NCBI GenBank assembly: GCA_964016885.1
Contig: OZ024740.1
Span: forward strand, 293,012,001 to 293,076,000
Direction of reading: 5' to 3'
Source: Eledone cirrhosa
Taxonomy: Eukaryota
DNA: 64,000 bases
Part shown: in pieces, positions 1 through 12,325 of the stretch
Layout: the number at the start of each line of letters is the position of its first letter
How positions within the stretch are numbered: position 1 is the stretch's first letter
Program-made: the position numbers and the translations under genes
The notes under the pieces: model-generated
What the model was told of the DNA's origin: nothing
Database searches by the model: none
Seen by the model: only the letters and a program-made list of their open reading frames with translations

Positions 1-362
1 GTAGGCGCGCCTTGGTGACTACAACATGTGATGGACATTTCAAACAGGGTAGACCCCATCCCACACCAGGTCTGGACAGAGAAGAAGAGAAGATGAGGTA
101 GTGATATATAAGAAGTTCAGAAAGAGATATAGAGAAAGAATCGACACCAGTCATGGGCTGGTACTTTTTTACCTGATAAAGGTTGACTTAGAGCTAAACA
201 ATAACAACAACAGTAACAACAACAGTAAAATATCAACAGCAACAGCAACAATAACAACAAGAAAAGCAACAACATGAAAATTAGTGTTTCATGAAACTAA
301 TAACAATCGTAGTTTAGAATTATAGCGGAGAAACCATATTTTATACTGAATTCTCTTTAAGG

Positions 363-725
363 CCGTGGTTCCCAAACTTTCTTTCTCACGACCGCATTTT
401 CGGAATGAAAATTTGCTCGCACCTCACCAGATTTTATGTGATAAAAATTACATTTAAAAATGCAAAAAACAACGACTGATGGTGCGTTAAATATAATACA
501 TAACATGAATAACTTATAATATGATTAAAGTACACAAATTTAATGAAAGGTACGAGTTTGCTTTTGACAAGTAATCTCCTTTATATTAGACTTAATTTGA
601 GATAAACAAACTCTCATCTAATTTATTTTTGGTATATGAATTTTTTGAAACTGTTTCTAAATCTTTGATTGTTTTTCAATCATTCCACCGCGCCTGCTAT
701 CTTCTTCCGCATTTGGGAACCATTA
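363..725. mobile_element. Non-autonomous hAT (Charlie-like) MITE
   Basis: Terminal inverted repeats ccgTGGTTCCCAAA / TTTGGGAACCAtta flanked by an exact 8-bp target duplication CTTTAAGG (355-362 and 726-733). An 8-bp TSD and CAGTGGTTCCCAAA-type TIRs are typical of hAT-Charlie. Confidence 0.8.
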
Positions 726-1647
726 CTTTAAGGGTTACTTGAATTTTAACTTCTTATCTTCCTTCACGAGTCTCAATATTCATGAAGGTTTCAAGCAATC
801 GCTCAATGGTTTACGAAAAAATAAAACAAAAGAAAAACACATTGTACCGGACACTACATTAAACAATCCACAGTCATACATCTATCGTAGTGAAATGAAG
901 CAATTTATATCTTAAGTGTAATCAATGCCTTCCACGAAATTCATTTTGATATTTCAACTTTATAGAAGATCATTTTCTATTTATTGAAAATACAAAACGC
1001 ATGGTGGTCTTTCCTGGGGTCAAACTTGTATACAATACAATACCAGACGATAGAATAAGCCTGCGTCTGCTTCGACGATGATGGTTCCAGTTGTTTGATC
1101 AATGGAACAGCCTGCTTATGAAATTAATAAGCAAATGACAGATATATATAGCCTTAACGTAATTCTTAGCATGACAGAGAGTATTATAAGGCTGACTCTT
1201 TGAATTACATGCACAATCCATCTAACGGGCTTCTAAACTGTTTCCGCCTACCAATTTCAAATTTCACTAAAAAGGCATGAGTTGACCTGAGTCTTTGGTA
1301 AATTACACTTGCCAAGATACAACGTAATTGGATTAAACCCATGGCATAAAAATTGTGAAGCAAACTTCTTAATCATGCTACATCCACCGGAGTATAATAT
1401 ATTTTATAATGACATGTATCTACTCTAGAAATTTACGAACAGAAAGTAATTAGAACAAGAATTATATGTGCCAACGGTGGTCATTAGATTTGCTAAAAAT
1501 AACAGCCGAGTCAACCTAAATTGATCAATGTATTTCGAAATACGAAATTCTCGACAATCAATACACTCGGTCAGAGTTGAGCTGAAATGCACAACGACAA
1601 CAACGACAACACCAACAATAACAATAATAAACATTAAATCAACTTAC

Positions 1648-2301
1648 CAATTCCGATCTCTACTGGTGTACCGATTTTATTTTTGGTCCGGAAAAAATTT
1701 TTATCTGCTAGAAAAGCTATGCAGATAAGGATAGGAAATAAAGAAAAAGTGATCACAGCCTCCCAAACTTTCACGAGATCCTTAGAACTAGCAAGTAGAA
1801 CAATTGCTAGCCATACATAGGCAAACATATTAAAACAGCAAGTCACACCAAATACGTTGACACTTTTAATTTTGCGAATTTCTCCATTTGGAATTGAAAT
1901 CATACATATAGAAGTAATAACCAATAAATTGAAGGCAGCAGAGCCAACAATAGTTGCTGGTCCAAGTTTACCGGGTTCAAACTTGTTCCCTATAGTCTCA
2001 ATGACTGACAATAAAATTTCTGGTGCACTCGTCCCTAGTGCCATTAAGCTTAAATTGGCCACTGTATCATTCCATACTTTCACTTCTATCTCACGGAAAC
2101 CATCCTTGTCTTTAGGATCAGAAATTCGAATCTTCCTTGTTTTACTGGTGATTCGTTCAATTGAGCACATGAAAACATCAGATATAATTGCTACACCTAG
2201 AAAACACCATACCATAGCCAGGAAGTACAGGAAGGCGCGGAATTTTAAGTTCCAGTGATCCTCTATAAGTATTGGTAATATAAGTCCTGTGCATTCTTTC
2301 T
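1648..2301 (-). CDS. NCX: Sodium/calcium exchanger (SLC8/NCX family) internal coding exon, TM1-TM5 with alpha-1 repeat
   Basis: Open frame KECTGLILPILIEDHWNLKFRAFLYFLAMVWCFLGVAIISDVFMCSIERITSK...VWNDTVANLSLMALGTSAPEILLSVIE...LGPATIVGSAAFNLLVI...VWEAVITFSLFPILICIAFLADK. Acceptor ttttatctttcag at 2302, donor G|GTAAGT at 1647; 654 nt, phase 1-1. Confidence 0.96.
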
Positions 2302-2489
2302 CTGAAAGATAAAATAAGAAACAAAATAAAGTTAAAACTAAGTATTAAGTATCATTCATTTAAAATATTTCAAAATGAACATGTGTGGTGTTTACTTTCC
2401 TTTTATATTTCATGAACTCTCAAACATACACAGCCAACAAATAGACCCCATACACTCTGTTTAATAACTTGCTTCCTTTATGTCCCACA

Positions 2490-2890
2490 GAAATATGGCA
2501 AAAGCGTTGCTGCAAAGAACTGCCTGCGATATCCGCCACATCAGCCACTCTATCTTACATTGTTCTTTCCTCGGGCGCGACTCCTTTAACTCAATTTTAC
2601 AGAAGACAGCCACAGCCAGGAAATCGAAAGAGCACAATAAGATATTGGATGGTTAATGGTTGATATTTAGTCGGCGTTGCGTGCGGCAGCTCTAATATTT
2701 ATTATTGAAGCGACGAGTTTGGAACTGATAAATGTATCACAACACGTGATACCTCAGACGAGTGACTTGTCCATCTCGAACAGCAAAAAGGCTATCCTAT
2801 CACGAGGTGCATGATCATCATAGTCGAGGTTAAGAGGGTTCAATTACAGCATCGAAATCTTTTTTAATAACATCGTTAACATGCATAAGA
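2490..2890 (-). mobile_element. Decayed CRE-clade (restriction-like endonuclease) LINE 3' region
   Basis: Minus-strand pieces HVNDVIKK, KSLV*GITCCDTF, AAARNA..KY and EWLMWRISQAVLCSNAFAIF follow the order of CRE C-terminal motifs (LNDII / LVWDxTCxDT / AAxxAExxKxxKY / QRISxAIQRGNA). GC-richer sequence continues to ~3400. Confidence 0.6.
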
Positions 2891-3419
2891 GTGTAAGTGC
2901 AGTCAAAATTTGAGTAGTCGGAAAACATTACCGATCGAGAACAGATGAATACTTCTGTCGTTCTTTCTCGATACAGTCGAATTGATTGAGAAGAAAAGGT
3001 CATGGAAATACAAACGGTAGTTAGCTCTGAGAAGGTTGTTTGTTAGAGCAGAGTTTGACCGACGCAGACGTTTTCAGGCTTCAGCGACAAAACTTGATTT
3101 TATTGGGGTGAACTCGTCACAAGCCACCCACACTACTGCTGTTGCAATCCGGCAAATATTTCAGAGCGGAAGCCGACTCGGATGTGCGCTGGAGGATCGT
3201 GTCATTCGATGTCAGTGCGGTGAAAAATCATACCCCACTTAATTTTGCGTCGTAGCGTCCACGGAATATGAGTGGAGATTTATTGAAGCAGATGGTATCA
3301 AGTATCTCGGGACCCTATTCAAGAAAGGATACTGAATTAAGTGGTACAAGAATTGGGGGAGCTGGTGCAGTAATGCGCCAACTTCAGCATTCGGTCATCA
3401 GAAGAAGGGAGGTAGGTGT

Positions 3420-3650
3420 AAAAGCTAAACTCACTTCGGTATTCGTGCTGCCCCTTACCTGTGTTCATGAATCTTTGGTAACTACCGAAAGAATATGATT
3501 GCAAAATACAAGCGGCCGAAATGGAGTTCCTCTAAAGGATCTTTGAAGTAAAGTTTCGGATCAATTGGAGACGATTGCTACTGATAGAACCCGCAGAAGT
3601 TGTTCTTAAGGACTCTGCCCTCATGATTCTCCTCGGAATAAGTGGACAAA
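3420..3650 (+). mobile_element. RTE-clade LINE 3' fragment
   Basis: SVFVLPLTCVHESLVTTERI...QAAEMEFL resembles RTE PxLxYGxESW...AAEMxFLR. Same family as 55325-55710; ends in a (GAA)n tail. Confidence 0.6.
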
Positions 3651-3740
3651 GAAGAAGAAGAAGAAGAAGAAGAAGAAGAAGAAGAAGAAGAAGAAGAAGA
3701 AGAAGAAGAAGAAGAAGAAGAAGAAGAAGAAGAAGAAGAA
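3650..3740 (+). repeat. (GAA)n microsatellite
   Basis: About 30 perfect GAA units directly after the RTE fragment. Confidence 0.98.
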
Positions 3741-4030
3741 GCGTCCACAGTCGAGTGATCCTGTAGCTTCCTCTCTGTCCATTCTTTCTATTCAGAGCTC
3801 AACGTACAGAAGTTCATACGAAACATCTCTCACCTAATGAAAAATCAATCTTATATTCTATGTGTATTAACAACCTCCTAAGAATATAATATATAAAAAA
3901 AGAATTGAATTGCATATGTAGTTATACACAATTGTCGTATTATCTAATATATTTCTTGAATAGTTTTAAATAGATCTTATTAATGTATTAATCTGTAACA
4001 AGTATCTCAATTTCTGTTAATTACACTCAC

Positions 4031-4085
4031 TTGATATGTCACACCTCCATGATACAGTCTGTGTTTGTTGTATAGCATTTCCCAT
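4031..4085 (-). CDS. NCX: NCX probable first coding exon (exon 4031-4110), MGNAIQQTQTVSWRCDIS
   Basis: Acceptor ttatttgtacag at 4111, ATG in context AAT-ATG-G, donor A|GTGAGT at 4030 in phase 1 matching the next exon. The spliced product RCDISKKECTGLILP reproduces the NCX N-terminal C-x(5-6)-C-x(1-2)-GxILP motif. Confidence 0.8.
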
Positions 4086-4478
4086 ATTAATGGAGGAGCT
4101 AGTTAGGGGACTGTACAAATAACTAGTATTATAATGGATAAAAAGGAATAAGACATCAAAGACAATTGATAGGTCTTGGATATGATCACAAATCAAATAA
4201 TTCAATCTATATATCGATCAATTTTCAGATACATACTGTAGTACACGATTACAGGAGTATAGAAAATATATATGGCCTCAGTGTATCGGCTGGAACAAGT
4301 AATAGAGTATTAGAGTAATATAAAACAAGATAATAATAACAATAACTACCAGGCAACTAATGTTTTCGTTGCCTTTATTTTACAGTCTATTTCCCATTGT
4401 CTTAGCCTTCTTAAATATATCATTTTTTACATTATGTATATATATATGAAAAACCACAGACCCTCCATCTCAACTCTA

Positions 4479-4514
4479 CTTTTGAAAAGCAGAACAACTG
4501 CGAAACCGGTAAAG
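4479..4514 (+). ncRNA. Minimal type I hammerhead motif, UUGAAAA (U3-A8) core
   Basis: ctt-TTGAAAA-GCAG aacaa CTGC-GAAAC CG GTA-aag. Related copies at 6627-6657 (different but paired stem II) and ~15319-15355 (minus, G5 mutated). Confidence 0.55.
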
Positions 4515-4641
4515 GAACCAAATAAATATATATATATCTTTTTAAATATATATATTTGCATAGCGATTTCATCTTTTTTTCTTTATATTTTCAATCGTGT
4601 AGGACACCTCGGTTATTTTTCATTTTGTAAAAAAACCTCAC

Positions 4642-4728
<87 letters not shown>

Positions 4729-4952
4729 CTCACTTTCTAATATATATATTTATATATATTTAATACATTAACAGAGAAAGCTTTAAGCAATACTCCGACC
4801 GGCTTCCGTCTCACTCAACAAACATTAGGATATACCTTAGTATAACCCCAATTATACGTTTGGGGTGCTAACTATACGTATTTTGCGGATAGCCTGTTGT
4901 ATCATTTTATATGAGACATAATTAAAATACATATATATAGGACACCTCACTT

Positions 4953-4989
<37 letters not shown>

Positions 4990-5077
4990 ACACCTCGGTT
5001 ATTTTTCATTTTGTAAAAAAAACATCACTTTCTAATATATATATATTTATATATATATATATTTAATATAGAAAATA

Positions 5078-5124
5078 CTTCTACAGGACTAGAAGTGTTT
5101 CATTCGGGAGAAATCATCAGGGCT
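5078..5124 (-). ncRNA. Hammerhead motif (degenerate) in a Penelope-type 3' end
   Basis: Minus strand CTGATGA-tttc tccc gaat-GAAACAc ttctagtc CTGTA-gaag. Same family at 7090-7190 and 53720-53806. Stem I 5' strand is not intact in this copy. Confidence 0.5.
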
Positions 5125-5827
5125 TCCTGGTAGTGAATCCTTTATATAAATGTTATAGAAGCCTGTGCGTGGAGAAATAATATAAACATTAAAAATATTG
5201 GAAATGCGTAGCAAAGCGATGATATGGATTTCATGTACAGCACCATTTTCACAGTCTGGGGAGCGTATTATTCAGATTATATGCCCCTCACATAATCCAC
5301 GACGATTCGATATTGGGCGTTTGACGATTCTGTTAGAGTATCGTAGTTTGTTGGTCTTTAGCTCAATATAGCAGGTTGTTAAGTTGCGAGAATCAATGCT
5401 ACGCATTTCCAATATTTTTAATGTTTATATTATTTCTCCACGCACAAGCTTCCATAACATTTATATAAAGGATTCACTACCAGTTCAACCCCCTTAACAC
5501 TCTTGATCACCCGTTTAAGTGCTTCTATTACATGTAACACTCTGCCGCACTATAGCATTATATAAACAAGACACACGTGCTTGCCACACGTGTAACTATT
5601 GCACTCAATAACTGCTTATGACTATCCTATCGCATTAATTTCATGTTGTATTTTAGCCTGAATTTTTGATTTTATCCTCTTTTAATATGAATGTAATCTC
5701 TAAATGTATACTGCCACACTAAATGTTGTAATGGATGTCGACCCACCAAGCAACAATGTTTGCATATGTATCTGTATGTCTCTTGGGTTGAAAAGGAGGT
5801 CATATATGTGTTCATTCATTAATAAAT

Positions 5828-5874
5828 TGCTCCGAAGAATCCAAACCTCGGTTTGGAGGAAACAATTGTAAGCA
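5828..5874 (+). ncRNA. Minimal type I hammerhead motif, CCGAAGA (U4C) core
   Basis: tgct-CCGAAGA-a TCCAAAC ctcg GTTTGGA g-GAAAC AATT GTA-agca, with palindromic loop 3 (CAATTG). Lies in a ~450-bp repeat (5640-6082) that recurs at 63322-63855. Confidence 0.75.
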
Positions 5875-6802
5875 TATAAATGATTTGAACAGAACTTTGA
5901 TTCTTATAACTTATATATAACTGCTCTGTAAAACATCTGATGTTATTAAATTGAGCTATTTAACTTACTGGTAATAAGGTAGTAATATATTACTGCCTAT
6001 CACTATTTAGGGTTTGTAAAAATATATATAACTACAAAAGGTTTTTGTATTTGCATAACCATAAATAGTATCCTTAGTACTATATATATATATATAAATG
6101 TATGTATATATAGGTATATTTCGTATTCCAATGAAAAGGTTGGGTTAAAATATAGCATTAAACAATTTTTTTTTACATCAGTAACTTTTAATGTATTTTA
6201 TATTTAGTGTAACTGTTTTATATAAAAAAAAATAGCAACATACATATTTTATGTCATATTTAACGTTGCTTTATATTTATCAGTGATATCTAGTCACAGG
6301 CAACTAGTAGCAGCTTTTTAGTGAATATTTTATGGTTTTCTAAATAATAACTCAAGTTACTAAAAGCCTATTATATTCCATGGCATAGGTGCATATTTAA
6401 TCCTTTTTTATGACTATATACGATCGCACTTTCCTCGTTAGATTGCTGGAGGCTACCGTTTCTGTAAATCTTTTCTAGACCACTAAAATATATGACTGGA
6501 TAAGTGAATATGATGTTCAATGATGATCATAGATGTCACCCAGTTTATTATGTATATATATATATATATATATATTTTTTATACAGATCAGAGCAAACAG
6601 CACGGACACTCTATCTCAAAATTATTTTGAAAAGCATTTAGAAATGCGCAACCGGTAAAAACTTAAAAACTTAAAACCACAACTGAATACTAACCCATAC
6701 AATCACTAATACTCTTTTATTCCTAATTAAACCATTTTTCAACTGTGAACAATTTGTCAGCATTTTCTATTCCGTTTACCAATATATATATATATATATA
6801 TA

Positions 6803-6991
6803 TAGTAATAATAATAAATTTGAAGACTAAAATCCAAAGAGGGCTCGATAAGTATAAATATATATCAGATATATAAGAACCGTAGAGCAAATATTTATTA
6901 AAATAACAGATTAAAGTTTAAGCAAAGAATCGCTGCTTTCACCCTTAACGAGATCTTCTGAAACATTGCTTAAACTTTAATCTGTTATTTT
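6803..6991. mobile_element. Fold-back Penelope-type 3' end with CAGAAGA-core hammerhead (6906-6964, minus)
   Basis: Arms aaataacagattaaagtttaagcaa / ttgcttaaactttaatctgttattt between (TA)n tracts. Family also at ~13710, 24479, 43145 and 44551. Confidence 0.65.
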
Positions 6992-6996
6992 ATAAA

Positions 6997-7040
<44 letters not shown>

Positions 7041-7047
7041 TGTGAGT

Positions 7048-7085
<38 letters not shown>

Positions 7086-7277
7086 AATGGCTTCTTCTGG
7101 GCTAGAACTGTTTCATTCATATGAACTCATCAGCAATGCACATTCATGATGACATCGTATGAATGAAACAGTTCTAGTCCTCTAGAAAACATCTCTATAC
7201 TAAATATTGACGTCTACATTCTACTGACATATTCAGTACCCTATTAACTGTGGTTACACCGGATTTATTTCGGAATC

Positions 7278-7379
<102 letters not shown>

Positions 7380-7487
7380 GAGGTTATATTTAAAATATTT
7401 TTATAACTGATATAAAGCACTCAACAAATTATTGGAGTAAATATACAATATATTAACAAATGGAAACTATATTTATAAAACCATATT

Positions 7488-7553
7488 TATTTCATTATAC
7501 ATATTTCAATGGCCACCAAGGCAAATTATGGTGCGCTTTCATCAGATAAAATA
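7488..7553 (-). ncRNA. Type I hammerhead ribozyme motif (AUA site)
   Basis: Inverted counterpart of 7686-7751 with intact CTGATGA and GAAA. Confidence 0.7.
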
Positions 7554-7685
7554 TAATATAGGTTAGTTTTATACATAAATATTGACATACCCTGAAAAAA
7601 TGCAACCATTCTGGTTGGAATCTCCACGATGGTTGCATTTTTTAGAGGGTATGTCAATATTTATTTATAAAACTAACCTATATTA

Positions 7686-7751
7686 TATTTTATCTGATGA
7701 AAGCGCACCATGATTTGCCTTGGTGGTCCTTGAAATATGTATAATGAAATA
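7686..7751 (+). ncRNA. Type I hammerhead ribozyme motif (AUA site)
   Basis: tattttat-CTGATGA-aagcgCACCA...TGGTGgtcctt-GAAA T ATGT A TA-atgaaata. Stem I pairs over 8 bp. Confidence 0.75.
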
Positions 7752-7976
7752 AATATGGTTGGTTTTATAAATATAGTTTCCATTTGTTAATATATTGTAT
7801 ATATATACATATATATGTATAAAATTTGAATAAAAAGGAAACCATAGTGGTATTAAACTTTATTCTAAAACTAATACATTGCCAATTTATGTAAATGTTC
7901 AAAAGGCTGTCTTTTCCATTAGCGTAAGCTTGATAGCGCTGCAGGCTAATTAACCACACACACACCCACACCCACA

Positions 7977-8081
<105 letters not shown>

Positions 8082-8086
8082 GCACG

Positions 8087-8118
<32 letters not shown>

Positions 8119-8260
8119 CACACACCAACACACACACGCATATATATATATAAAGGTAGTCACGGTATAAAGCAACTGAAGTCCGTAGGGCGAGTTTGAA
8201 TATAATTATTAAAGCCAGTTGATACAACGGTGTGGTATGCCATTGTAACTGGCCTTAATA

Positions 8261-8305
<45 letters not shown>

Positions 8306-8310
<5 letters not shown>

Positions 8311-8493
8311 ATCAAAAGATGGTTAAAAGAGTTCCATGTATTTTATTATGCGCATTTCAAAAACAAATATCATCATGCGATGACATTTGCGTTTTCGTCA
8401 TATAAAATAGGGAGACATGATATGAAGGTTAAAAAACACTTGTGAATAGTGCAATTTTAAATCAACATATTTTAAATAAATCAACTCACCTCC

Positions 8494-8495
<2 letters not shown>
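8306..8495 (-). mobile_element. Solo pLTR fragment of the 11255-13634 Penelope-like family
   Basis: Near-identical to ~11259-11422, joined to the inverted terminal tail aactcacctcctac; (TA)n on both sides. Hammerhead C3 is mutated (ATGACGA). Confidence 0.85.
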
Positions 8496-8542
<47 letters not shown>

Positions 8543-9619
8543 ATTTGGGAGCTTACATATATATGGGCTACAGCTTTTCTTTTATGCATATTTTATTAAA
8601 TTTTGGAACAGCCTCTCTAGACTGTCACTATATCGTCATCAAGATGTGGAATGCGGTTCACCTTTTTAGACCATCCGGCATTCTGTTGTATATCATTCGT
8701 ATTTTAGTGTTGTGTCGATAAAACTTTACACCAGTCAGTTCAATATCGTTTTCTGCTTACACATAGAAACAAAATAATCGTATCAACTTTTCACAGTAAT
8801 ACTTAACCATATATGAATATTAGAAATACATCAAATAGGATTAACTTGGGAACTATTCTTGTACCCATAGCCATAAGTGAAAATTGTATTATACCACATA
8901 ATCTTTTCTAGTTTTATTACTACATCTAGAAGCTAAAAGTCTAGATATGTCCACTATTCCATCTGAATAACTATTGGAGATAAGAGTTTCGTTATAAAAG
9001 AGTGAAGCATTGTGAATGCAGCTATATCTAAAGATAAAGATAATATACTAAAATTAAATATACTTTGCAATCAATTCCCACCACCACCACCACTACCACC
9101 ACGACCACCACAACCTTTAACTATAAATATTGCAACAAAGTTTTATGTATACAAATACACATATAGATACATGCATGTATATACATATACATACAAATAC
9201 AAGAATATGTTCATACACATGCAAATACATCAACATACAAATGATGGCTGCAACTTGATTTGAACTAATGCCATCGCTTGATACTTTAGCATGAGCATTA
9301 CAGACGTGGCTTCTTTTGTCCTGTTAGGCTCTTGCTTATGGCCAGCAATACCATGTGTCGCAAAAAGTGTTACATATCAAGCAATGCCTGTACTTGAATC
9401 TTTTTAAGTGAAGAAAAGCTTTGCACGGAATCATTCCCATTCTCTGAGCATCGAATATATTTGCCCAAATGAAGAACTGGTCTACATCATTGGATGCAAA
9501 GGAAGTCGCAGGTTTTATATCAGAGTGAGCTTCTAGAGAGATATCTTAATAAAGAGTAGGAGACTCTCACTGCACCCCCCCCCCCCCCCCCAAAAAAAAA
9601 TCTTTATTGAATGTCGATG

Positions 9620-9790
9620 ATATACTCCGACGAGTTACTCCGATAGCCGATCAGTGACTCTGTCCTTTGACGCGTTTTGTTTTTCATCCTGCAGGGTGTC
9701 CAAAATCACCTTCCTCACCAAGCATGTCGTGGGGTTGGCGGCTTAAGCCGACGACCCGATCATGCACTGGGTAACATGTTACAAGTAGCG
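9620..9790 (-). mobile_element. RTE-derived element 5' fragment
   Basis: Reverse complement matches 61450-61600 (cttggtgaggaaggtgattttggacaccctgcaggatgaaaaacaaaa). Confidence 0.6.
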
Positions 9791-10894
9791 TTGAAGAGTG
9801 ACTTGACATAAACATACAAATACATGCATATATACATACACACACAATACATACGTATATTTAGGCTTAAATGTAGATGCATATATGTATGCATAAATAG
9901 AGAAGTGTGTACATGAAAGCTATTGAACAGCGTTAAATCACGTGACACCATGCAGTAGAACGGCTAGCAGCGCATATCAATTCCCATTCTTTATTTATAA
10001 ACATTGCAGCATAGTTATTTCATTCACATGCAAACTCATGCATATATGTATACACATACAAACTCATGCATATATGTATACACATACAAACTCATGCATA
10101 TATCATACATATACAAATACAAGCATCGATGTATGTGTAAATAGAGCAGTATGTACGTGAAGTCGACTGAACGGTGTTCAATCACGTGACACTAAGGAGT
10201 AGAGCGGCAAGTAGTCGGATATCGATGAGTAATTGAGATAAAGTAGCTGAAGATAAAATATGTCATTGAAGAGAAGAGTTTACGGTGAAAGGTGTCAAGT
10301 GAAGGGAGTTATATGAGATTTCCCACTAAGTGGTCTTGTTTTTCATCTTTATTCTGACTAAGCCATTATGGAGGTCACAGTATGGTCTGCTCACTTCTGC
10401 TCGATTGGTTTATACAACTACATATGAGTTTAAATGTGTGTCAGTGTATGTCGGTACATATGTTTATGTAGGTGAAATGCTTGATGTGAAGGAGGTTTAA
10501 GTGAGTAGGTTTAAGTGCTTTGTTAAAGTAGTAATGCATGACAGTAACTAAAATGATAAAAGAGATAACACTGATTACATGCAAACGTTTGAACGTCTGC
10601 GTCTATGCGGGTGGGATGTGTTATAATAAACACCTATGCATGCCTTTACATGTATTTCATGCGTGTGTCAACCTGTAATTACATATACATTGTACACATT
10701 CAAGGACATTTCTAGGAGGTGATATCTTTCTTATTGTGCATACATACGTACATGTTTATATATATATATATATAAATATTAATCAGTTTCACGGAGGTCC
10801 ATTATCGGTGATCTTTTGATTGCATCTTTTGATTACATCAACGAAACTTAAGTACCTGTACATATCAATGAAATAACTAATTATATATATATAT

Positions 10895-10946
<52 letters not shown>

Positions 10947-11125
10947 GTGAAAGAGTGAAGAAGTGAAGAATAACATGGTTGGCTGTACAAAAAGGGTTTT
11001 ATTTACAGTATGTGTGTGTGTGTGTATGTGTATATTTTGTCTGACTGTCCTTCAAACTTATAATTATATATATGTATATATAATTATAAAGCACCTATTC
11101 TTTGCTTAAACTTTAATCTGTTATG

Positions 11126-11261
<136 letters not shown>

Positions 11262-11291
11262 AGATCAAAAGATTGTTAAAAGAGTTCCATG

Positions 11292-11362
11292 TATTTTATT
11301 ATGCGCATTTCAAAAACAAATATCATCATGCGATGACATTTGCGTTTTCGTCAGATAAAATA
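11292..11362 (-). ncRNA. Type I hammerhead ribozyme in the sense 3' pLTR
   Basis: tattttat-CTGACGA-long stem II (CAAATGTCATC gcat GATGATATTTG)-GAAA T GCGC A TA-ataaaata. Perfect 8-bp stem I and palindromic loop 3. Confidence 0.85.
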
Positions 11363-12325
11363 GGGAGACATGATATGAAGGTTAAAAAACACTTGTGAAT
11401 AGTGCATGTTTAAATCAACATATGAAAAGTAGTTTTAGATTGATGTGTGATATTGGGAAAAAAATTGAGGGGGGGGGGATGAAAAAGAGGAGGAGATGAG
11501 AGTAAAAAGTGCAGGGGGAGGAGTATTATAAGGAAGGATGAGAAAGGAGAGATGGGTGATAGAGAGAGAGAGATAGCTTTTATAACTGAGAAAAATATAT
11601 TGTTTTACATAGAGAGGTTAAAAAACCGTTGGAAGATAATATATAAATTAAAAGAATTTGAAAATTAACGAAGAGAACATTTTTAGAATAATGTTAAATT
11701 AAGGTTTGTATATTGAAGGGTTTAATAATATGTGCGATGAAAAGAAATTGTTAATATGTATTAAGAATAGTATTTAAGGGTTTAATAATATGTGCGATGG
11801 AAAGAAATTGTTGATATGTATTATTAAAAAATATAAAAATATAACAATAGTAATGTAATTAAGGATATATTGTGAAAAGAAGTAGAAGAGTGGATGAATA
11901 AGTGTAATATGTATAAGTTAGATGAGCATGAAAGGGAGGAAAAAATTATGAATTGAGGATGAATAATCTAACGTCAAAAAAATGTTTATGTTTGCGAAGG
12001 ATTTTTCAAGGTAATATAAAGTATTTAAAAGGGTAAGGATATATTGTGGTGAGTAATAATGAGAATTGAGAAGTATCTAGGAAGAAAAGGTACAGATTAG
12101 AGGTTAGAAATTAAAAGAAAAAGAAAAAAAGAAAAGAAAAAAGGAAATAAGAAAGAAATGGAAGTGATAAATAGGAGTGATATAGAATGAGTAACTAGTA
12201 TTATATAATGTAAGATAAATAACATTGAAATAAGGTAGAAAGATGGGTATATTTTTAATGAAATATATATGTATATATATATGTGCCTTTGAGAAAAGAA
12301 TTTTAAATTGGTAAAGTGTTAGATA

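Noticed and set aside
1857-2258. 133-aa plus-strand ORF
   Set aside because: Antisense shadow of the NCX exon.
4068-4085. MG start as an N-myristoylation signal
   Set aside because: Position 6 is Gln rather than Ser/Thr, and the NCX N-terminus is expected to be extracellular.
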